Shown piece by piece: positions 25,669 to 34,636 of a stretch of 64,000 nt of DNA. The position numbers and the translations under genes were made by a program. Below the pieces are notes generated by a model that was given only the letters and a program-made list of their open reading frames with translations, was not told the DNA's origin and searched no databases. Source of the DNA: Shigella phage vB_SboS_Gloob; sequence record OL615011. The stretch is one strand, 5' to 3'. Positions within the stretch are counted from its first letter, which is position 1. Each line of letters begins with the position of its first letter.

Positions 25669-26538
25669 TTAATCGATACGGGACAGCTGAGTGATAGATG
25701 ATTGCACTGGGCTGGCCACATAGATACGGACGTTGGCTTTCCACGTACCCCACAGGAGAGGCAGAGTCGGGAAGTTTACTTCGTTCAGCTCAAATACAGG
25801 GATGTAACTCTCCAGCGCTTCCCCAGAATACGCCTGGAAGCCCATCTCGGCGTACTGAAGGATCTCTTCTGGGAAATCGAAAGGTGCGTATGCAACGCCC
25901 ATGGATTCGTTCATGCCCATTCGACCCGCAGTGGCAGTGCCCGTCAGAATGATTTCGGTGATCTGGCGCTTAGGCTCGGTGGTCAACATATCAGAGAAGT
26001 CCGGCTCTTTGAATGCTGCCATGTTCTTCAGGAACTTGCCAGCCGGGTACTCTTTGCCGTCGACGGTGATGGTGTCTACCACTTTGATGCACGCCTGAGG
26101 GAATTCCCCTTCGATGCGTAGACTTTCGCGTGGGAAGCCTTTGTTGTAGTAGTAATCCAGTGCAGGCACAACTTCACCTTCATTACGGATGAACTTGCTC
26201 ATGTTGGAAGCATAAACGCGCTGTAGGCACTCATCGCCGTCGAAACCAGCAATGTGAGCCACGCCGTCATTGACGGTGGTGATATCACCCTGAGCGTCCA
26301 TGATGTCCTTCAGGATTTCCTGAATGGTTCTGGTCTGGTAAGGTTCTTGTTTAGGTGTGAGCACCAGATCCAGTTTCACATCGCAATCGTAGTACGCCGC
26401 CTCCAACAGTTCGCGGGTCTCTTCCAGCACCAGTTTCGCCTGATTGCGAATCTTACCAAAGTCGGGCGATGTGACATCGCCCTTTGCATTACCGAAAGCC
26501 AGATTCAGATTCACGTTCTTAGAAAATGTAGTTGTCAT
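25669..26538 (-). CDS. hypothetical protein (289 aa), possible MazG-like N-terminal helix
   Basis: LVLEETRELLEAA acidic helix; weak. Confidence 0.4.
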   Translation of the reverse strand: MTTTFSKNVNLNLAFGNAKGDVTSPDFGKIRNQAKLVLEETRELLEAAYYDCDVKLDLVLTPKQEPYQTRTIQEILKDIMDAQGDITTVNDGVAHIAGFDGDECLQRVYASNMSKFIRNEGEVVPALDYYYNKGFPRESLRIEGEFPQACIKVVDTITVDGKEYPAGKFLKNMAAFKEPDFSDMLTTEPKRQITEIILTGTATAGRMGMNESMGVAYAPFDFPEEILQYAEMGFQAYSGEALESYIPVFELNEVNFPTLPLLWGTWKANVRIYVASPVQSSITQLSRID

Positions 26539-26554
26539 GATTTAGCGACTCCAG

Positions 26555-27019
26555 TTATTCGCTTTTGGCCTTTGTAGGCCGGATAATGTATTTTGGGACC
26601 AGCTTCCATTCAGGAACCTGATCGTGTTTAACCACTTTAATGCGTGACATATCGGCGGCTTCGGTGACCTGCTCGGGGTGAATGACCTTCACCATGTTCC
26701 ACTGCTCAAGCAGCTTGATGATGCGGTTCATCCTCAGGACATCTTCGCGGTTAAACCCGTTGTAATGCCCGTCCAGCATAAACAGATGCTTGAAGTGGAC
26801 GATATAATACTTGCCATACTTATGAAGAATATGACAAGTCTGATACAGAGTATTCGGCTCTTGGCGCGTGTTTACCCCAATTCGGCTCAGTGTTTCCTTG
26901 ATCCCCAGGAATATTCCTGGCCGATCTTGGTTCAATTGAACTTCAACCATACAATCAACGATGCTGGCCTCATCGTTGACGGCTGAAATGTTCAATATGT
27001 CTAGCGTATTGCGCGCCAT
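26555..27019 (-). CDS. regA: translational repressor RegA
   Basis: Collinear with T4 RegA (LYQTCHILHKYGKYYIVHFKHLFMLDG ... EWKLVPKYIIRP); the true start may be the internal Met at 26950. Confidence 0.85.
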   Translation of the reverse strand: MARNTLDILNISAVNDEASIVDCMVEVQLNQDRPGIFLGIKETLSRIGVNTRQEPNTLYQTCHILHKYGKYYIVHFKHLFMLDGHYNGFNREDVLRMNRIIKLLEQWNMVKVIHPEQVTEAADMSRIKVVKHDQVPEWKLVPKYIIRPTKAKSE

Positions 27020-27048
27020 GACTCATTCCCCTTTTACAATAGTTTGAA

Positions 27049-27471
27049 CTACTTAGCCTTGCGCGGTTTCGCTTTGGCGTTCAGCTCAGTACGTCCCATC
27101 TTCTCGCGTATCTCGGCCAGGACTTCCTTCGGCAAGAAACGGACGTACTCGGATGCCTTCTCCATGCTGATGTAGAAGTACTCGGAGAGTAACTTCACGT
27201 CAGGATCAATCGGACCTTTCTTAGACCATTTGTCGTAGCGTTTCCGCGCCGGAATGGTGTGAAAGGCATATGACCATTGCATCCATGGAGTGACAGCATG
27301 CAGCTTGTTCATCTGCTGTGCAGTCACCAGAGTGTCTTTGCTCTGAGCTAAACCACGCCGCGTCATAAACGGGTCGAATCCTTTCAACACTTCTGGGTCA
27401 TCAGACTGCAGAAGGTTTTCTTTGCTGCTGTTCAGAGCAGCCAGGTAATCGAACAATCCAGGGGCGGCCAT
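27049..27471 (-). CDS. 62: clamp loader small subunit (T4 gp62-like)
   Basis: TIPARKRYDKWSK matches T4 gp62 AVPRGKRYGKWAK; positioned between gp44 and regA as in T4. Confidence 0.7.
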   Translation of the reverse strand: MAAPGLFDYLAALNSSKENLLQSDDPEVLKGFDPFMTRRGLAQSKDTLVTAQQMNKLHAVTPWMQWSYAFHTIPARKRYDKWSKKGPIDPDVKLLSEYFYISMEKASEYVRFLPKEVLAEIREKMGRTELNAKAKPRKAK

Positions 27472-27475
27472 AGTA

Positions 27476-28465
27476 TCACTTCCACTTGATGTTGAGCATG
27501 ACGTTTGTCAGGAAAAACACAGCATGCAGCCAGACATCGCCGACCTGACGGTGTTCAATCTGAGACTGACCACATACGCATACCAGATCAGGGATAGACT
27601 CATTCTGAACCAGCATCGGCTTCTCTTTATCCTGTGGTACACAGAACTGGAAGAAGCGGGAATAGAAGTCTTCGGTGATGTAGTTCTGGTTGTCAGTCAC
27701 CCACTGCTTCATGCCAGCCCAGTCATTGCCTTTCAGCATATCAACCAACACACCCATGTCGGCAGATTTCAATACGGCGAGGGCGCGTTCATCGATCTTG
27801 CCGTAGGTGGTGACGTTATCCTGTAGGGCACCCATGATGCGGCGGTTATCGGGGAAATGACGTTTGACAATAGCAGCCAACACAGGAGGGTCATACTCAA
27901 CACCTTCGCTGCGAAGGATTTCAGCACAGCGGCGCATGAACTGAAGTTTTACCTCATCAGCCTCGGTCTCATTCCAGATAAAGTCGATTTCACGACAACG
28001 AGAACGCAAAGGTTCGTTCACGCGCTGCTTGGCGTTGGTGGTCAGGATGAACGAGCAGTTCTTGGAGACCTTCTCCACAATACCCTTCAGCGACTCCTGT
28101 GCCGCCATAGACAGACGCTCTACTTCGTCGAGGATAACGACTTTGCGACCACCGAATACACTCACACCAGTAGAGTACTGAATCACGCGGTCACGGATAA
28201 CGTCGATGCTGTTGTCCAGGGATGCGTTGATCATCAGTGGTTGCTTACAGCCGATTTCATTACACACGGCCAGGGCAGAGGTAGTCTTGCCAGTACCAGG
28301 CTGAGGGGAGTAGAACAGCATAGACGGGATGTTGCCGTTGCCGCTGGTAATGTAGCCATGGATTTTAGCGCGGACGTCTTGAGGGATGATGATCTCGTCC
28401 AGGTTGTCAGGGCGGTACTTGTTTTCCCATGCGTACTGGTCGGAAACGATAGTGATATTAGACAT
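27476..28465 (-). CDS. 44: clamp loader AAA+ ATPase subunit (T4 gp44-like)
   Basis: ENKYRP, SPQPGTGKTT Walker A, SRC motif; ORF track 27476..28519, start moved to MSNITIV. Confidence 0.85.
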   Translation of the reverse strand: MSNITIVSDQYAWENKYRPDNLDEIIIPQDVRAKIHGYITSGNGNIPSMLFYSPQPGTGKTTSALAVCNEIGCKQPLMINASLDNSIDVIRDRVIQYSTGVSVFGGRKVVILDEVERLSMAAQESLKGIVEKVSKNCSFILTTNAKQRVNEPLRSRCREIDFIWNETEADEVKLQFMRRCAEILRSEGVEYDPPVLAAIVKRHFPDNRRIMGALQDNVTTYGKIDERALAVLKSADMGVLVDMLKGNDWAGMKQWVTDNQNYITEDFYSRFFQFCVPQDKEKPMLVQNESIPDLVCVCGQSQIEHRQVGDVWLHAVFFLTNVMLNIKWK

Positions 28466-28496
28466 TTCAGCCTCGTGTAGAAGAATCATTTCAAAT

Positions 28497-28515
28497 GGGC
28501 GGGAAACCCCCGCCC
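28497..28515 (-). terminator. intercistronic hairpin between the gp45 and gp44 genes
   Basis: gggcgggaaacccccgccc stem-loop followed by ATTTGAAATG. Confidence 0.4.
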
Positions 28516-28544
28516 ACACATTATAACATCAGGCTGGAGATTGA

Positions 28545-29213
28545 TTACTCAATCTGTGCGCCGACGAAGTAATTGATCGTCGCGTCGGATGATTGGAAGT
28601 TCACCATCTGCAGCTCAGCGCAGGCACGCAGAGTGTAGTTGCCTTCGATCATCTTCAGGTTAGCAACGTCCAGTGGCATGACGAAGTCCGGCAGCGCGGT
28701 TTCACCCAGCTCAACGGTGTAGTTGTTGGAGTTGTCCAGGGTAGTGGTGGTTGCAACCAGGCGAGTTTTGCCACCCTGAGCAACCAGGCGCACAGTCTTG
28801 TGACCGAGGGTAGAACAGGCGCGGGTCAGTTCTTTCATCTTCTCTGGAGTGATGATCGCTTCAAAGTCGACAGACGGCAGTTCAATGGTGTCAGCCGGAA
28901 CAACAGTGAGTTCTTTAGCAGAACGCCAGAATTGCAGCTGAGAGCTTTCGCCTTTCAACAGGATGTAGTCCTGATGGAATTCGGCTTTACCGCCTTTGAA
29001 GGAAGGCAGGCGCTGGATGGCCAGAAGTTTGGTCAGGTCCAGGATAGGGAACTCAAACGGGAAGTCTTCTTCGATCTGAGCCACGGCGATAACAGTAGAC
29101 GAATCGTTAATGCTGCGCAGCATCTTACCCGGTGTCAGAACGATAGATGGGTTGATGGTCTCAAAGTTGGCCAGCAACTGGAGTGTACGTTCGGAGAGAG
29201 TGATCTCTTGCAT
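28545..29213 (-). CDS. 45: sliding clamp (T4 gp45-like)
   Basis: Size (222 aa) and position immediately upstream of gp44/gp62/regA as in T4; N-terminus resembles T4 gp45. Confidence 0.7.
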   Translation of the reverse strand: MQEITLSERTLQLLANFETINPSIVLTPGKMLRSINDSSTVIAVAQIEEDFPFEFPILDLTKLLAIQRLPSFKGGKAEFHQDYILLKGESSQLQFWRSAKELTVVPADTIELPSVDFEAIITPEKMKELTRACSTLGHKTVRLVAQGGKTRLVATTTTLDNSNNYTVELGETALPDFVMPLDVANLKMIEGNYTLRACAELQMVNFQSSDATINYFVGAQIE

Positions 29214-29403
29214 TTATGTATCCTCAAAATATAGTGGGGTTCAAGTCATGTTTGACGCAATCTAGTATCGCTGTGTTGTGCTTATAGAACAAGTGGCAAA
29301 TTGCGCTACGCGTTATTAATAAATGCCTTCGGCATTTATGGACTTTATTAAAGATAATAACCTTTATTAATCCTATTCGCTTCGCTCATAAAACAAATAC
29401 TCG

Positions 29404-29433
29404 TTGTTCGTTAACACTCACAACTCGTATAAT
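29404..29433 (+). promoter_or_regulatory. sigma70-like promoter (TTGTTC, 18 nt spacer, TATAAT) for the plus-strand gene at 29554
   Basis: Hexamers read directly in the 340-bp AT-rich divergent intergenic region. Confidence 0.4.
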
Positions 29434-29553
29434 ACCACGCCATTTGTTCAACAGGAAAGCAATTTTTATTCAACAGCAAAATTAATTTATTTGGTCTAAA
29501 CATGCACGCGAAATAATATGTATGTCATGTTAACCAACACACGAGAGTAATAT

Positions 29554-29931
29554 ATGAAACAGTTCGTAGGATTATATGCGGTCGGATGCAGTAAGCCAGA
29601 CGCCATCCTCACCGCAGGGCAATTTGTCACAGGCACCCCAGTTTATCTGGCGCAGCTGGCGTCAGACAAGAACTTACCATCGGAGCCGCGATTTGTCCCT
29701 CTGGGTTTGATGGCAGGCCTGAAAGTTGGTCTGTATGTCGGTGTGGTGACGTTTGAAAACGGCGTCGAAGCGAAGGTTCTGCCATTTAAATTGGGCAGCG
29801 AACAAATGCTGAAGGACACTATCAGTGAACACCTGAACGCACAATGTCTGGTTTCTCTGGACAAATTGTTCGGCACAGTATCTGATGAAGGCGAGGCCAC
29901 CCCCGCCTATGTGAATCAAGATCAGTCGTGA
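29554..29931 (+). CDS. hypothetical protein
   Basis: 125-aa plus-strand ORF starting MKQFVGLYAV. Confidence 0.5.
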   Translation: MKQFVGLYAVGCSKPDAILTAGQFVTGTPVYLAQLASDKNLPSEPRFVPLGLMAGLKVGLYVGVVTFENGVEAKVLPFKLGSEQMLKDTISEHLNAQCLVSLDKLFGTVSDEGEATPAYVNQDQS

Positions 29932-31430
29932 TTACCCAGCGCCACCTTCATGAACTCCACAGGGTGGCGCTCTGTCAGGTAGAACTTGTAACGCTCATGA
30001 GAGTGCCTGATAGCGTGGTTCGTGCTGGCGTTGTACGACACATCATCCACTAAGTCCCATATCCACGCGACGTCCTTGGAGGAGTGCTGACGCATCAGAC
30101 GACCCAATGTCTGTATGACGCGGATATATGACTTGCTCGGGTGCGCCAGTACAAGGTGGTGTAGCTTCTTGATTGACACACCCTGTTGCATTGTCCCGTA
30201 TGAAGCCAACAACGTGATATCCTCTCCATCCTCCATCGCTTTCTGTATGCGGCGGCGGTCTTCGATCTTCACTTCCCCGTTGATGACAAACACGTTGGGC
30301 TTGACTGCGCTCAGCATATCGTACACAACCATCATGTGGGCGTCAATACGCTCGAACATGATGGCCACGTTCCCTTTCAGATTCAGTGCCATCTTGGCGA
30401 TCAGTTCGTTGCGGGACTGGTGTGTAATAAGGTATTCTATTTCCTTGGCATAATCCCCGTCCAGACCAACAGCATCCGCCGGAGTGTGCTTCAGCTGAAT
30501 CATCTTCACTTTGATGTCAGTGGCGTACCCGAGATTGATAAGGTCGCGAGCTGTGATGATCTTATGGTACGCCCCGAAGTGAGCCACCACCTGAAGCCCG
30601 GCAACTTTGGTGTTCGACAGCGTACCTGTAACCCCCAGGCGCTGGTCGGCGTAGATGCAGTTGTTGAGGATGTAGGACAGTTTCTCAGACTTGGAGGTAT
30701 GCACTTCATCCACCACGATGTCACCGAACTGGTGGAACCATTCTTTCGGCTGGTCTTGAATGCCCTGCCATGTACTGATGACGATTGGTTTGCTGATTTC
30801 CTTTGTCGCGCCCTCAAAGATCAACTGAGTGTTGACAACGGGCTTCCAATCACTGCCGTGTGCGTACTCTTCAAAGTTGTCGTACAGCTGAGTGACCAGG
30901 TGAATCGACGGCACCACGATAAGCGTCTTCAGAGGACTTTCGAGAGCTTCTCTGCGCTGCCTGTAGTACCGCGCCATGACATACAGAATAAAGGACTTAC
31001 CAGCACTTGTAGCCAGTTCACAGACGCATCTGGTTTGACGCATAGCCTTGGCGATGGTGTCGTACTGATAGTCACGGGTCTCAGCATCGATGTATTCGTG
31101 ATTTTCGGTGCGGATCTTTGGATGGAGACTGTCGATGAAGTCATGGATTTCTTGATCTGGGATGTCCTGAATGTACTTCAGAGCCGGATCCAGTTCAATG
31201 GTGTATTTGTTGTTCTTGCAGAACTTGAACACCTCAAACAGTAGGCCGATATCAATCAGGCCGGATGACTTGGTGAATAAGCGAACAACCCCGTCCCATT
31301 TAGAGAAGGGGTTGGGAACGAAGTTCGGGTCTTCGAATTTGAAGTAGTCATTCAGCTCTTCCCTGATAGAAAGATCTGCGATGCAACGCATGCGGACTTC
31401 GTTAACCTTAACAATCTGAATGTCTGCCAT
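29922..31430 (-). CDS. uvsW: UvsW-like SF2 DNA helicase
   Basis: Collinear with T4 UvsW (ATSAGKS, DEVH, WQGIQDQPKEWFHQFG, KKLHHLVLAHPSKSYIRVIQTLGRLMR); ORF track 29922..31523, start moved to MADIQIV. Confidence 0.9.
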   Translation of the reverse strand: MADIQIVKVNEVRMRCIADLSIREELNDYFKFEDPNFVPNPFSKWDGVVRLFTKSSGLIDIGLLFEVFKFCKNNKYTIELDPALKYIQDIPDQEIHDFIDSLHPKIRTENHEYIDAETRDYQYDTIAKAMRQTRCVCELATSAGKSFILYVMARYYRQRREALESPLKTLIVVPSIHLVTQLYDNFEEYAHGSDWKPVVNTQLIFEGATKEISKPIVISTWQGIQDQPKEWFHQFGDIVVDEVHTSKSEKLSYILNNCIYADQRLGVTGTLSNTKVAGLQVVAHFGAYHKIITARDLINLGYATDIKVKMIQLKHTPADAVGLDGDYAKEIEYLITHQSRNELIAKMALNLKGNVAIMFERIDAHMMVVYDMLSAVKPNVFVINGEVKIEDRRRIQKAMEDGEDITLLASYGTMQQGVSIKKLHHLVLAHPSKSYIRVIQTLGRLMRQHSSKDVAWIWDLVDDVSYNASTNHAIRHSHERYKFYLTERHPVEFMKVALGNHD

Positions 31431-31451
31431 ACAAAATCTCCCAAGATATAT

Positions 31452-31462
31452 GGGGTATTTAG
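31452..31462 (-). promoter_or_regulatory. late-promoter-like motif CTAAATACCCC upstream of uvsW
   Basis: Minus-strand CTAAATACCCC about 22 nt upstream of the uvsW ATG, followed by GGGAGA. Confidence 0.5.
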
Positions 31463-32232
31463 CGATCCGGCCAGACTCCGTTCTGTTCTTTATCCATGCG
31501 ATGGTACAGACGAACACGCTCAAACATCTTTGTCAGGATGTCATCGCGGTTGAACTCTATGATGGTTGGCGTCAACGATGACTCGTTGGCAATCACATTG
31601 ATGAGGCGGGTGATCTTGACACCGAACATCTGCTGGAACATAACAGAGTACAAGCACAGCTGGATACTGTAGTCCTCGATCATTCCCCGCGTCTTCATGG
31701 TGTTCGATGTCTTGAAGTCGATGATAGCAGGCTTACCCTCATAAACCCCGATAAGGTCCACTCGACCTGCGAGACCAAGCACCTCGCTATATAACGGGAT
31801 CTCCTGAGCATAGATCTTTGTCATCTTGTTCAGATAGGGGAACAGCTGCTTGAACATGAACATGTATTCGCCAGCCGCTTCCAACACTTCTTTCATTGGG
31901 CGGTTCTTCAAATACAGTTCACATGCAAGGTGCAGCTTCTCCCCTCGGTCAGCGCAACGCATGGTCTCAAGGTCGGCGGCCTCTGCACCCAGCTTCTCCC
32001 TCCAAGCCTCAAGCCATTCATGATCACCAGTACGCCCCAGCATCGTCGTTACAGACGTCAGCTTGACACCAGTTGGTGACACATAATGACGACCGTTCTC
32101 CGTCGTCACACACTCCAGTTCCTTATGAGGAAGTTCGTACTGCTGGAATGTGTAATGACGATTTTCGAAGTCGTTCAGCTTGCGCAGGGCTTGGAGAGAT
32201 GCCATCAGGAACCATCCATATATTTTCGCCAA
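31459..32232 (-). CDS. putative PD-(D/E)xK-type nuclease
   Basis: GRVDLIG ... EGKPAIIDFKTS resembles the D...E-x-K nuclease core. Confidence 0.4.
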   Translation of the reverse strand: MAKIYGWFLMASLQALRKLNDFENRHYTFQQYELPHKELECVTTENGRHYVSPTGVKLTSVTTMLGRTGDHEWLEAWREKLGAEAADLETMRCADRGEKLHLACELYLKNRPMKEVLEAAGEYMFMFKQLFPYLNKMTKIYAQEIPLYSEVLGLAGRVDLIGVYEGKPAIIDFKTSNTMKTRGMIEDYSIQLCLYSVMFQQMFGVKITRLINVIANESSLTPTIIEFNRDDILTKMFERVRLYHRMDKEQNGVWPDR

Positions 32233-32657
32233 TCAATGGCATTCTTCACTTCGTATCCCAGCTTGTTCAGGCGATCCAAACAAGTCTCGATGAACTTGAC
32301 TTTTGCTTTCTGCTCTTGCAACAGAACAGACAGCTCTACATAGTCATCGTCGGCTTTGACCCATGTATCCAGGTCAGACTTCAGGGGGCGAACCTTCAGG
32401 GGGCGCTCTGCGTAGATGTTCGGGGGTAACTCCCCTGCATAGTAGCGGCGCAGATAGAGATCGATCTGGCGGAAGCGCCCGTTGAGGAATTCAAGATAAC
32501 GCCCCTCACGCAGATAATGTCGTTGTACGGCCATCCAAGAGCGCCCGATTTTCAGTGAGATCTGGTCAAGGTTCATGTCTTCTGGGTCCACTGTAATCAG
32601 CGGCTCCAGTTCGTTCATGATGTCCTCGGTTGCCATTGTCTGTAGTTGTTCTTTCAT
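32205..32657 (-). CDS. uvsY: UvsY-like recombination mediator
   Basis: Similar size and motif pattern to T4 UvsY (RRYYAGE ... KNAIDWRKYMDG). Confidence 0.5.
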   Translation of the reverse strand: MKEQLQTMATEDIMNELEPLITVDPEDMNLDQISLKIGRSWMAVQRHYLREGRYLEFLNGRFRQIDLYLRRYYAGELPPNIYAERPLKVRPLKSDLDTWVKADDDYVELSVLLQEQKAKVKFIETCLDRLNKLGYEVKNAIDWRKYMDGS

Positions 32658-32699
32658 AAAATATCCCAGCTTGTCAATGTCATAGAATTATACCGTATT

Positions 32700-33200
32700 T
32701 CATGGATTAGAATCAATCACCTTCCCACCAGATAGTGGGACCAGCTGCTGGAACTTGAACGTCACTGTCGTCACCAGCTGAGGTACAGCCGCATCCACAT
32801 CCACCAGTACGTTGTCCAGAGCAGTCGGACGGGCTTCCTCCAGCACGAGAGTGAGGCCAATCGGTCGGTTGAGGTTATCCAGTAATTCAATGGTAATGTC
32901 CTTGGAGACAGCCAAATCCTTGCCGACGTTGCTGGTGATCCATTGGTGGATCTGTAACCACGATTTCCAGTCCTCGTCTATAACGAAAGTAAATACGACG
33001 GGATCATAGGTTAAACGTTCTGAAGGGATAGAAACCAGTACGTCGCCAGGAGACGGACCATCGATGCCTTCGGAGTACACTCCTGGTATACTGAAGTCGT
33101 GGATGTTACGGGTTAGGAGTACAAGGTCTCCGATAGTCAGACGCCACTTATCGGACGCCGCGAAATTAGGGTTTTCGTTCTTGAATTGTACGTCGGACAT
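32700..33200 (-). CDS. hypothetical protein
   Basis: 166-aa ORF. Confidence 0.45.
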   Translation of the reverse strand: MSDVQFKNENPNFAASDKWRLTIGDLVLLTRNIHDFSIPGVYSEGIDGPSPGDVLVSIPSERLTYDPVVFTFVIDEDWKSWLQIHQWITSNVGKDLAVSKDITIELLDNLNRPIGLTLVLEEARPTALDNVLVDVDAAVPQLVTTVTFKFQQLVPLSGGKVIDSNP

Positions 33201-33238
33201 AATAGCACCTTTTGCTGTGGAGATATTTTGTGACCCTG

Positions 33239-33883
33239 ATGCGCGGGATCAGTAGATTGTTGTTGTTGGCATGCGCGATGCTCTTGCTTACGAGCTGTCG
33301 CATCTTTGTCACGCCAATAATTTCTGTTTCCGAACTCTGGAACCCAGAAGTACGCACCGTACCTGTGACGTTGTCGGCCAGTGTTCCTACTTGTAACAAG
33401 GGTATGCTGGACATCATCGTGCAAGAGTTCCAGACCTTCCAGAAGCTCGTGCCTTTGGGTTGCTTCGAGGAGAACACGAGCACCCTCAAGCCATACTGGA
33501 AGACCACGATTCCCCTCCTGCGTCGTGGCGATGAAGGGAAGATTCCATACCTATCAGCAAGTATTTATTACTCTCAGAACAACAGCATCATCATCACTTT
33601 TAATCCATCATTCTACGCCAAGCTGAAGCAACACATGGTTGGGCGACTGAGTGAAACGTCGGATATAATCGTGACGTTCAAAATCATGAATGACTCAGAC
33701 AAGCCAGTACGAATCGCAACTCAGGGTGTGTTCGTCAACAACGACGCAGTTGGGAATGAGATGAATATCTTTGAAGTTAACCCAGGGGGAACCATCTGGA
33801 TTAGACTGAGTAATGTGGGTGTGAACTCCCTACTGTTGGATGGCATCGAACCAGTGGGAGTTCTTCCGGCGCGGGAGCGCTGA
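33239..33883 (+). CDS. putative outer-membrane lipoprotein (plus-strand)
   Basis: MRGISRLLLLACAMLLLTSC signal peptide with lipobox; ORF track 33212..33883 begins at an upstream TTG. Confidence 0.5.
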   Translation: MRGISRLLLLACAMLLLTSCRIFVTPIISVSELWNPEVRTVPVTLSASVPTCNKGMLDIIVQEFQTFQKLVPLGCFEENTSTLKPYWKTTIPLLRRGDEGKIPYLSASIYYSQNNSIIITFNPSFYAKLKQHMVGRLSETSDIIVTFKIMNDSDKPVRIATQGVFVNNDAVGNEMNIFEVNPGGTIWIRLSNVGVNSLLLDGIEPVGVLPARER

Positions 33884-33885
33884 GA

Positions 33886-34614
33886 TTACTTCAGGGCGCT
33901 CTTCAGATTATCAGAACCTATGTTGTTGATAACGCCACCAGCGCACAGGTCTTTAGCCCACTCAGACAGTACATTGGCGAACGAGAAGTTCAGACACTTG
34001 CTGACCATGTCTTGGATGTGGGCTAACTCTGAGGCAATACCATTGGCGATATCCTGACCGATTTGCGCCACCTGAGCAATAGCATCGTTGATATATCCGG
34101 TAACTTCGGCGGCCAGCGCCTGGATCTTTGCTAGGCCAGCGCTTACGCCCTGCGCAACTAACTCAGCCAGTTCGGCCATCTTGGCAGTAACAGTGCTGAG
34201 AGCACCCTCCATAGCCCCGATCCACTGGCGCCCAAGAGTCTGTATGACGCCGAAGGCATTGTTGATCAGATCACAGTTGGTCGGCTCGCGCTCGATTGAC
34301 TTCAGGCCAGATTTGTACGACACGGAAGTCCCGATGCGGGAATACGCTTCGTTCACAGTCTGATCACCATAGTTGTTCAGCGTGGTGAGGCTGGTGTCGG
34401 CAGAGGTGAACATCGTGTTCGTTTCATTGAGTTTGGCTGTGGTTAGACCGCCTGCCGTCAGAGCGCCCTGGATTTGCGTATTTCCGGTGTTTGCCAGTGC
34501 AGCTGTAGTCGCCTTGCCGCTGGTGATTAAACCCTGAGACGTGCTGCTGAGGGACGGGAGAGGATTGTTAAATGCGTTACCCTGCTCAAGGGCGTCATAG
34601 ATCTGTGCGTTCAT
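33886..34614 (-). CDS. hypothetical protein, probable late gene
   Basis: Late-promoter-like motif upstream; alternative ATG at 34629. Confidence 0.5.
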   Translation of the reverse strand: MNAQIYDALEQGNAFNNPLPSLSSTSQGLITSGKATTAALANTGNTQIQGALTAGGLTTAKLNETNTMFTSADTSLTTLNNYGDQTVNEAYSRIGTSVSYKSGLKSIEREPTNCDLINNAFGVIQTLGRQWIGAMEGALSTVTAKMAELAELVAQGVSAGLAKIQALAAEVTGYINDAIAQVAQIGQDIANGIASELAHIQDMVSKCLNFSFANVLSEWAKDLCAGGVINNIGSDNLKSALK

Positions 34615-34636
34615 AGAAAATACCCCCATGGATGAT

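Noticed and set aside
22245-26538. DNA polymerase (gene 43) expected downstream of regA by T4 synteny
   Set aside because: None of the three ORFs here shows family-B polymerase exonuclease or palm motifs; the polymerase is presumably encoded outside this window
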